Part shown: positions 54,059 through 64,000 of the stretch, in pieces
Layout: each line of letters opens with the position of its first letter
Numbering within the stretch: position 1 is the stretch's first letter
Origin: Bugula neritina
Taxonomy: Eukaryota; Animalia; Bryozoa
Length of the DNA stretch: 64,000 bases
Direction: 5' to 3'
Assembly: GCA_964035545.1 (NCBI GenBank)
Contig: OZ037767.1
Coordinates: forward strand, 19,360,628-19,424,627
The notes under the pieces: generated by a model
Told to the model about the DNA's origin: nothing
Seen by the model: the letters and a program-made list of their open reading frames with translations, nothing else
Database searches by the model: none
Translations under genes and position numbers: made by a program

Positions 54059-55326
54059 TTATTGTGATTTCTCAAAATAAAAATTTAATGAAATACAAAT
54101 AGCAGACCATAAAAATATATAAACATATTTTTTCCAATATGATTTTATTTGACGCTGAAGAAAATAAAAAAAACAAAAACAATGATTAAACATTAGACTG
54201 AGCATGTAAGCATGAAGTAGCACTAAAATTTGGCTTTTATGATTATGTTTTTGGTCCCTTCTCTGTGTAAACCCAAAAGGTACGTTGCCAGTGTGTGCTG
54301 CAAAGCAGATTATATTACTTATAGCAAGCATTAAAATATTATATTATATAATTCATCGTATGTGCTTATATATAACAGGATAAATTAATTAAAAATAAGT
54401 GTTCAGCGCCTTTGTTATTGAGTGATAATTTGAAAAAGCCTAAAAACGTAATATCATATCTACAGGTAATATTGTATCTGCCAGGTAATATATCTACCAG
54501 GTAATATATCTACCAGGTAATATTATATCTACAGGTAATCTTACATCTTCGAGCTCGCCTAAACATTGCAGGATACGACATGCTGTACTGGAATCACTTT
54601 CTCCCATGTCCTTACAGGTGGCAATTTGTTCTCATTATTTGTTGAGTTGCTTTCTTTTAATTCTGTTTCACTATTTTGACGGTAGGAACTTAGTATTGAC
54701 TAAAATCCATAAAAGTAATCATATAACAAATTTTAAATGAACTCTACAATCTGAAATGTGTACATATAATAAATAGTGAAATAGAAGATATATTAGTAGA
54801 GTACAAAATATAAATGTAGCGATCAAGAAACAGTAAGGTAATAAATTTTTTTATCAAGTTGTGCATAAAATTACATAAATCAGGTTTTATTTATAGTGGT
54901 ATAATTGCTATCTACAGCATTTCTGGCACCCTTAATGAAATTATTTGAAAACTTTGGTTCATTTTCATATTTTGTTACAATAATATTTAATCAGCTTTCA
55001 TAAATTGCAACATTTTATACTTTTACAATTCAGCACTTCGGAAGGTGGTACTGTACAAAAGACATTCTAATAAACATGCAGCTACTATATAAAAAGCTAG
55101 ATAAAGCAGTTTTTCTGTAATGAATTTGTTTAAATTAACAAATTTATTGCTTTTAAGTTGCATCATTTTACCTATTCTCTATTTTCGTCTGTTATATAAT
55201 ATTATATTTAGACTTTAGAGTGTAAGGAAATAAAAGCTGATTACTTTGTTGAGAATAGAATAAAATGAACTCACCCTGTTAGCTTGCACGGCAGAGACAT
55301 AGTAACATAAGGGTGTTCACCTTCAT
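54059..55326 (-). pseudogene. pepD copy 2
   Basis: 17-nt deletion in exon 1 (55326-55275) gives an early TAA; 2-nt deletion in exon 2; last exon (from 54297) still reads SHTGNVPFGFTQRRDQKHNHKSQILVLLHAYM. Confidence 0.85.
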
Positions 55327-56980
55327 ATTAGAAGTGACTGTAATTTGTTTTATACTGCAACATCAAAGCTGAGAGTAAGTCTCTTATTGTGACCATGCTG
55401 CTCTTGCTACTGCTTTATATATAATAGCCTTGCTATATGTAGGTATACTGCATATTTCAAGTATTTTACAAAAAATTGTACTTTAGTAACCCCAAGAAGC
55501 AGTGTTACCTATATATATGGATTTGTCTAACAGTCTTAAATTACAAACAATAGATTTTCTCTAAAATTAGCTGCATTTCCTGTAGCATATAAAAATCTCC
55601 TGGCGTTGCAAAGCTTCTCTGCTATCTGGCAGGTAGTAGTGTCAAATGTTTGACTTATTCATGTACAATGACAACTACCTACTTATAATAATATATTTCA
55701 ACATACCAACAATAATAATATTAATGAGTCAATTTATTTGTAATTCTACCAAGCATCTAGTAGTTATAGCATCTATCTTGATACCATAAATTTGGAGAGT
55801 AAGCTATGAGCTGCAGTAGTCAGGAGTTGTCTTCTCTTGGTACATTATTTTCCTGTTTGTACTATGATGATGAAATATTTTTGATTTTACAAGTTATGTT
55901 TTATATAGCACTGTTTTCGTATAAGCAGCATGTGTTTAAATATGATATAGACCTTAAAATAACCTGGAAATTTAAATGTGCTCCATATAGTACATTAGTC
56001 TTGATAGTATCGTGATTGCTGTGTTCCATAAAGTATATTATTATATTATTATACACTATCATTGCTCTATTTCAATTGAACCATTGACTTCTTCCAAAGA
56101 ATTTTCCTGCGTAGCTTTTTGTTTGTTATCTAAGCCACATGCAGTAGTTGTTATTATACAAACCAGGAGGTGTCTGTAAAGTAGGTATGCACCTTGAACA
56201 CTCACAAGACTAAATTACTTGGCAGGAGAACTCAACCTAATATCTTTTTTTGTTATATGGTTAATAAAACCTATTTGTACTATAAATAAATAACAGAAAA
56301 ATTTGCTTAACGTAGTAATTACAATAGTTTAGTTACTTTTCTGCTTTGCATATTTTTTTCAGTAGCTATAAATTCAGAGTTATCTACCCATATGAACTTG
56401 TTGCACCATGCATGGTAATCTTCTCTCACCAGCAATATACCTGTATATTTATCAAATTATTCTAAAACTACTCTTGCAATTATAGTGAGGATTCTGCCTA
56501 CATATGGGTGACTCTAGCTGATGTTGTGAGCTACTAGATATGCCCCCTTTTTTACTATCTTCCATCACAAATATATAGTCATAGCAAAATAGTCCTTTTT
56601 TATATAATATAAAATGAAATCATATCAATATTTAAAATTTTACAGATAGTTTCTCAACTTGAAGCAATGGCTACTTAATACTCACATTATAAGTAAACTA
56701 TATGTATATATGTGCTTAGAATGTGATTTTAGATAATAATATTATCTATTTCTATTTTTATAGTCATATAGATTTCATTGCTGTATAATATACATTATAC
56801 CGCAACGTGACTTATAACTATATGCACAATATCTTCTTATATATTCTTATTAAATGCCAACACTTTGAATTTTACTCATAGACTGCAAAGTTATATATTA
56901 ACACGATGTGGAGACTATGGGAATTGTCCTTTTATGTTTAAAAGCATCTGACACACCATAGAATGTAAACAAACACTAAC

Positions 56981-57205
56981 TCCACACTGCATCCCACCCA
57001 ATTCTCTGAACTCCACTGGTCTCTCTACTACTCCTTCAGTCATCAGGTTCTCCTGGCCTCTCAAATCTCTTTGAGTACTACTACTACACTTCACTAAAGG
57101 CCGAAATAGCTTGTAAAAACTTTGCCCCCACTGGGATTCGAACCACAGACCTTGGAATGCAAGCAGGCTAGCAAACCAATTACACCACAGGGGCTGCTGG
57201 GTAAA
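56981..57205 (-). mobile_element. tRNA-derived SINE-like insertion (tRNA-like head 57194-57124)
   Basis: A box TGGTGTAATTGG, B box GGTTCGAATCCC, acceptor-like stem GCCCCTG/TGGGGGC; absent at the paralogous site ~13350. Confidence 0.7.
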
Positions 57206-57674
57206 CTTAACAGTACATTTACGAGAATTAATTAGAAATATTTTATAAATCAAGCTCTAGTTGTAATAGCAAGTAGCAGTAAATTATGAAAAATGAATGT
57301 TTTTGATAAGTGCACAAATGCAGGCAGCTAGTTTATCACAGCACAGAAAGCTATACTGACTGGTGGAAAGACAAAAACAACCACATTGATACAAGCATAG
57401 AGCTTGAACACCAGTAATCAATTAGCATTGCCAAAAAGATCTAGTATATTGAATACATGATAATAAAGGGTTAAATTTAGTTGAATGCAACATATACCAT
57501 GTCATGAGTCATTCCCTTCCATCTTTAGTTTAACTGACAATAAACTCCTAAAATGTTTGCAAATCACAAACAATGGCTCACATATAGATTATAATATTAT
57601 AGCGTATAATTAAATTTGAAGGCCGAAAAGTATTGCATTTTTATTGTAATATATATTTACAACTTTCTATAAAA

Positions 57675-57793
<119 letters not shown>

Positions 57794-58527
57794 TCCTTGC
57801 CAACAGTTTTACCCTTCAGTTAAAAGAGTAGCAGGTAATGGATAGATAAAGAGCAAACAGAATTAGAGTTCCTTGTATGTTACAGACAGTTCTAATCTAA
57901 TACACTGAGCTCTATCACACTATCACTCTTATCAGTGAAACTGCAGTTATATAAAGACATTATTTGAAAAATGCAGGAAAAAGCTGTTCAACTGTGTTCA
58001 TGACAATAAAACTTGGCATAAGCACAACATAGTAAACTAAATGATATAAATACAATATCGCCAGCAACCATACATGTAGAAGCAGTAAAATTCTAAAAGG
58101 AAGTTCTCCATAGCCTATAAGCTTTAGGCTGCAAAGTGATATTTTTAGAAAGTAGCGGTTAACCAAAATACATGTGACACAACAAGGCTGTTTTATTACC
58201 CAGACTTATAATATAGTCATACAAAGAGAATAGCAGCAGTTGGTTGCAATGAAAACTGGTAAAAATATCCTCATTCTATTTTCAGCACTTCAGTGTTTAT
58301 ATATAACAATAGCAGGAAGTAAATGTATTGCTGTGCAGTGAAGATATAGCATGCAGTGAAACTATAAGTTACTGATCAGGTTCTAATCAAAAACATCAAT
58401 TTTTTTATCAAGTGTATGATAACATAATATTTTGTTACAAAAATAAAAAACACATAAAAAAGATGTAAAGAAAAGATATGAATGCTTTACATAAATCGTT
58501 CGTTTGTATATTGTCCATTGGGGATCT

Positions 58528-58575
58528 TTACTTTGTAGCCTCTAATATCCTTCGTAATATTTCTAGCAATGTTTC
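58528..58575 (-). pseudogene. pepF copy 2 remnant: only the 3' tip (TLLEILRRILEATK*) survives
   Basis: Sequence matching ~14560-14605 is joined directly to sequence matching ~16295, implying a ~1.7-kb deletion. Confidence 0.7.
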
Positions 58576-59068
58576 TTACTGTATATACATGTTGCCGTCA
58601 TGTAATTATATATACTGCCTGCTACTTCCTGTTGTGATGTAAATAACAGATATGAATGGGATGATGCCAATTAATGCTTCATCCTCAATATGCTAAATGC
58701 AGTAGCTCAAGCCAGGGAGTATAATGCAAGTATGTATATCTCAAGCAAAAAACCAGGAAATTTCCAAATATTATATTTATAAATAATTCGTCATTTATAT
58801 TCCGTAACAGCTGATTATAACGTGATCATATAAAATATAATTGTAATGTTGAGATTATCCAGTAGCCCCTGTGGTGTAATGAGTAATGTAACAGCTAGCA
58901 GTTTGAAGATTGCAAAATTTGGGAAAGCAACTCCCATTAACTGTTTGTTTTATGGAAAATATGTCATTCGTTCAATATACATCAATAATATGGTTAAATT
59001 TTAGTACTAGACAATTGAGCTATTCAACCGTAACAGCTCGGAAGTTGGCTGAGTATTGCGCCAGTGTT

Positions 59069-59910
59069 AGCGTAGGGCCATTTGACACGGGTTACCGAGC
59101 GGGACGTGTGAGAAAACTCGTCTAGCCCAAAAATGGGGCATGGTGTGCAAATTTTCTACGCGGATAACATGCTGAGCAGCAAGTGCAGAAAGCTTTTGCA
59201 GGTTTGATTTAATTGGCTGATTATTATTTAGCTCTTACACTTTTTTGATTTCATGTCGCGTTTAAGTTTTTAGTGAACTTAATTAAAACAGTGTCATATA
59301 GTTTACGTTTCTGCTCTTATAACATCTAAAGTCACTTTGCCGATGACGCAAGTTTAAGAAAAACGTCTGTAGGCGAGTAGTAAAGTTAAACTCCAAGATC
59401 ATTAGCTAATAAATTTCCGCACTCACAACACAAGCATTGTGTGTGGCAGGTCGCTCCTGGGATGAGTTTTCAAAAATTTTGAGGCTGTGTAAGCATAGGG
59501 CCACACGGCATGAGATTCCCCACGCGGGTTTAAATTGCAAGAAAACCCGTCCCGCAAGTGACCTACTACACACAATGTGTGTCTTGTGAGTGCAGAAATT
59601 TATTAGCTAAAGATCTTGGAGTTTAACTTTACTACTCGCCTACAGATGTTTGTTTTCAAACTACGTTATGAGCAAAGTGACTTTAGATATTATAAAAGTG
59701 AAAATGCAAACTATACGAAACTATTTTAATTCAGTTCGCTACAAGCTAAATCATGAATTAAAATAAAAAAGTGTGATATTAAGCCAATTAGATCAAACAG
59801 GCATGAGCTTGCCGCACTTCTTGCTCAGCATGTTAGACGCATGATTATCCGCACACGACGTCCCATTTTTGGGCTAAACAGGTTTTTTCGCCGTGTGGCT
59901 CTATGCTTAC
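59069..59910. mobile_element. Two adjacent, oppositely oriented copies of a ~420-bp DNA element
   Basis: 21-bp TIR gtaagcatagggccacacggc (59489-59509) / gccgtgtggctctatgcttac (59890-59910); 59100-59450 is the reverse complement of ~59560-59885. Confidence 0.75.
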
Positions 59911-60684
59911 ATTACATTCAAGTGTAGTCATAGCAATCAAAGAAATGTTATTGTATTATTTATATCTATCATCCATATTTAGTGTAGAATCGCAGTTCTT
60001 TTGTAATAAAACACACAGTTGCATCTACAGCCTAAATTTGTATTTGGACTCTGGATGCATTTGCCTCAAAGTAGGTCTATAAATAAAAACAGCTAGACAA
60101 ATATGCAATAATATATTGTGAAAAATCATATAATTATATAATATGGATATTGCAACTATAATAATGTTATGAAGACAGTCTGACCTATATGTATCAACAT
60201 GTGATAACTCCATACTGCCTAAATACAACTTCATGAAATAGCAACACAGTAGCTGTATTTAAGTTTATCAGCAATTAAATTCTTTAGTTTACTGCATTGA
60301 CATATATCTTTTTTATAACAAGTGCAAGGCTAATTGTTCATCTCATTCAAGGTAAAGTGACCTATATGGGTTTATTTAGCGCCATGTGACCACCTCAGGC
60401 ATTATTCAGTAAATTTGATATTGACGGCATGGCTTGAAGACATTTAAATAAAGCTATAATACCTGTTCATAAAGCTGCAATGAAGTTTGCCAAAGTGATG
60501 CATTTTATTGAGTCATGCCAATGATCATATTTAAGGATATGTCTATGTGAGAACAAAGCGAATGAGTCAATGTGATTAGTCAGCCTTCAGACAACAGTCT
60601 CCTTAAATAGGCAGTATATACAGTATCATTTACATTAACCCAGTCATACAGTGAAGTGAGTCATCTATATGTAACTACCATTGT

Positions 60685-60860
60685 ATAATACACAGCTGCT
60701 ATTATATAATATACAGCTGCTATTATATAATATAGAGCTGCTATTATATAATACACAGTTGCTATTATATAATACACAGTTACTGTTATATAATATACAG
60801 TTGCTATTATATAATATACAGCTGCTATTATATAATATCCAGTTGCTATTATATAATAGT
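60685..60860. repeat. 21-bp minisatellite, about 8 copies
   Basis: Direct repeats; source of the periodic YYIIAAV/YNIQLLL ORFs. Confidence 0.9.
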
Positions 60861-61420
60861 GTAAATACAAAACAGCAAAACTTTGCTTGAATGTGGTTGG
60901 TTTTGCTTATAAATGAAGTGTTTCATTTAATTTTCCCAGGTCAATGAAGGTAGTTTAAATATACAGTATATTATAAACTTATGTTCAATATACAACATTG
61001 TTTTATCCAAAATACTAATAAAAATGATGTGCCAATAATTTGTCAAAAAACTGCCAATACCTTGTCAATTCCCTTAAAATTCGAATATTTTACTTAATAT
61101 AAATGTATTATAGAATTCAAAAAGTAATGCAAGCACTAATATGTCAACATCAGTAGTTGTAATGTCTTCATACTTTTATAATGTTATATATGCTATGTTA
61201 TAACACGTTAGTTTCCAACTTGTATACTTGCAATATTTTATTTTTGTTAGCTGTCCATATAGAATTTGTTAAAATACTTTACAGACAATTTTTCATGTTA
61301 GTAGAATATTATAGCTTTATATATCAATATTTTTACAAAAAACTACAAATCTAAATCACATGTAAAAAACTTCATGATTTCATTTTCGGCTTCTTCAACG
61401 GAACTGTAAACTTTAGCTAG

Positions 61421-62238
61421 TAGTATCCTCGCCCAAGTATCACTTTATAGTCTTACTAAAACTCGTTGAAATCATATTGATTTGGAAACTCATCATATAA
61501 TACTGGAATACAACTCGATTTAATCGCTATTTGATGCTCTTTGAAAACATGGGTCACACGACAGGGAATTCCCCTCGCGGGTTTAAGTTGCGAGAAAACT
61601 CGTCCCGTGAGCAACTTGCCACACACAATGCATGTATTGGGAGTTCGAAAATTAAGTAGCTAATGATCTTGGAGTTTAACTTTACTGCTTGGCTACAGAC
61701 GTTTGTTTTTAAAACTACGTCATCGGCAAAGTGACTTTAGATATTATAAAAGCAGAAATGCAAACTATATGAAGCTGTTTTAATTCAGTTCGCTAAAAGC
61801 TAAATTGTGAATTGAAATAAAAAAGTGTTACTCAGCCAATTATATCAAACCTGCACGAGCTTGCCGCACTTCTTGCTTAGCATGTTATCCACATGAAAAT
61901 CCGCACACAACGTCCCATTTTTGGGCTAAACAAGTTTTCTCACACGTCTCGCGAGGGTTAAATCGTTTCGCTTAGTCAAGTTGACAGCATAAAAGCAATA
62001 ATTGAGAAAGGCTTACAGTATAATTATAAACATGAATACCTATGTATATCTACAAGGAGTTATCATTCCCATTGATTGTTATTTTGAAATCGACTGATTA
62101 AGTTATCACAAATTAAAAAAATTGATTAGTGGCCTTTACAATGCAATGCAACTCAATTAAATTTTAACTCGGCCAAATTGAATCTCTGACTGAAAATCTC
62201 GCAGGTTTAAACACACTAAAACTGCACCAGAACACTTT
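61421..62238. mobile_element. Insertion absent from copy 1, containing a third copy (~61550-61955) of the 59489-59910 element
   Basis: Copy 1 reads gctagtcacagttggga uninterrupted; shared gatcttggagtttaactttact and cccatttttgggctaaaca. Confidence 0.7.
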
Positions 62239-63656
62239 AGTCACAGTTGGGATAATTGCCAAAATCTTCACATAACTTACTCCCATAACTTACTTAACCA
62301 ATGGCCATTACATATCTGACCTTGCATGTGTCAGTTTTTCACGGTTTGTGATTAAACAGAAACCCAACCCTGATCTGAGCTGATGCAGGTTTATCTGTAA
62401 CTGACTCATTTTATATCGCCTCATTTCAACATTTTAGCCAATAAAATACGCAGAATGCTGTTCTGTAACTTACAGCTGCATGACCTCGTAACGTTTAAAA
62501 TGCATAGTCAGTAGTTAGAAATATTTTTTGTAATATGCTAATGTTTATATCATGTACTCAGTTTGGCAAATGAGCTGTATTATTATATGCTCCCTAAAGT
62601 AAATATTTACTTTATGAAGCAGACTCAAAACATAATTTTTTTTTATATGTAACCTAAACTCTTGCCATTAGTTTTAGCATGATAACAGGTTTTATAAAAC
62701 ACTATGCTTGTCTTAAATCTGTACGTCATAATAGTTAATAGAAGCCTAAGCTAAAAACTAACATTATTTATTATAAAAATATTATTACTGTTTATAGCAA
62801 TAGTAGGTGTTGGCAATGGCACATTTTGAATTTCCTATGAAATGATAATATGACCAACTTGTCATAATACTGTTCACTGAATCGCAGACAGAGTTACTTT
62901 TGTTATAGCCATCTATCTGTGGCATACCACTGCTGGGTCTCCTATTAGCATTGCCCATGGAACCCAACATGGGTACAGCAATTGTTTTAAGGGTTATCTC
63001 CTCACAGAACTGAGCACTATGGCACAAAGCATAGAAATGCTCCTGTCAAAGCATAGCATTTAAAAGAGGAATAAATTAAGACCAGGATAATCCAACATAT
63101 GGTTAGTAAGTCACTGTGCTGCAATAATAGGTTGGGATTATCCTGGTTTACAATTTTAATTAGGTATTGGATGTTCTAGGATTATACCAATGCCTATCTA
63201 CATGTATTTCTGATTATACCTAAACATAGACAAGATTACAGCTAACAGATTTATAGTTAATAACTAATCATTTCTCTTTAACATTTCCTTATGACATCAA
63301 TCTCTTTACACACCTTAATGCACTCACTGTATCTACTAGTGTGTATGCAAAGCTGGCTAGTTCACAGTGTGTGTAATATTAGATCATATTTACATCACAT
63401 AAGTATTTCGCAATCCACAGTTCTTAATAAAATGATGCATTTATGCTACTATATGTATCAACTTATAGCCTATGAATAGTTAGAATATTTGTATACGGGC
63501 TGAATTTGTGTAATCAATAATGATTGGGTACATTAAAAATTTCAATCTAGTTAGCCTAATTTGGCAGATGCTGCAGTTTATGAAGGGCATGGGAAGTTAA
63601 TTACAACTATTACATTAGCCCAATATGCAGTTATCATACTTGATGTCTACAGTAAT

Positions 63657-63659
<3 letters not shown>

Positions 63660-63752
<93 letters not shown>

Positions 63753-63810
63753 TATATTGTGTGCATATATATATCGTATATCTGTGTGTGTGCGTGCGTG
63801 TGTGTGTGTG
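63660..63810. repeat. (TA)n and short (GT)n microsatellites
   Basis: Direct observation. Confidence 0.95.
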
Positions 63811-64000
63811 CTTGAGTCTTTTAGGGTTTCGTATGAAGTTTATCGCGTGGTGTGTGTAGATACATACTAAAGCATATATACGCTGCTTTACGCTGCTTAC
63901 CTGCATTGATTGCTAATTTTGTAGTCGTTGGAAAATTTTAAAACTAAACCATAACCTGTAATGATTTATTTTATTGATACAAGTACTCCTTCTAATGCTA

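Noticed and set aside
57124-57194. Functional tRNA gene
   Set aside because: D, anticodon and T stems pair poorly, and it is part of a ~225-bp insertion missing from the paralog; treated as a SINE head.

Overview
AT-rich eukaryotic (animal-type) genomic DNA with GT-AG introns. The single-exon ORF track is mostly uninformative, and the organism cannot be identified from sequence alone. Manual splicing reveals a cluster of about 14 copies (intact genes, pseudogenes, remnants) of a small secreted prepropeptide family that I do not recognise. The shared layout is a signal-peptide exon (phase 0), then pro-region exon(s) usually ending in a basic convertase-type site, then a phase-1 intron, then a last exon. 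The last exon opens with a conserved motif, [S/G]-[F/H/I]-x-(G)-[G/D]-N-[V/P/L/A]-P-[F/I/L/G]-[G/A], followed by an amphipathic helix. The cluster is interleaved with decayed LRR exons of probable ROCO/MFHAS1-like type. It has been reshaped by a >14 kb segmental duplication (5181-22888 vs 49244-64000+), a tandem duplication (26003-30375 / 30376-34215) and exon shuffling. A degenerate Gypsy LTR retrotransposon (33324-44734, minus strand) carries a C2H2 zinc-finger/coiled-coil 3' region and two nested CACAG-ended DNA transposons. MITEs, tRNA-derived SINE-like elements, an RTE LINE fragment and microsatellites fill the rest. All gene models are manual predictions without transcript support; pepA-pepH and pepP are my working labels.
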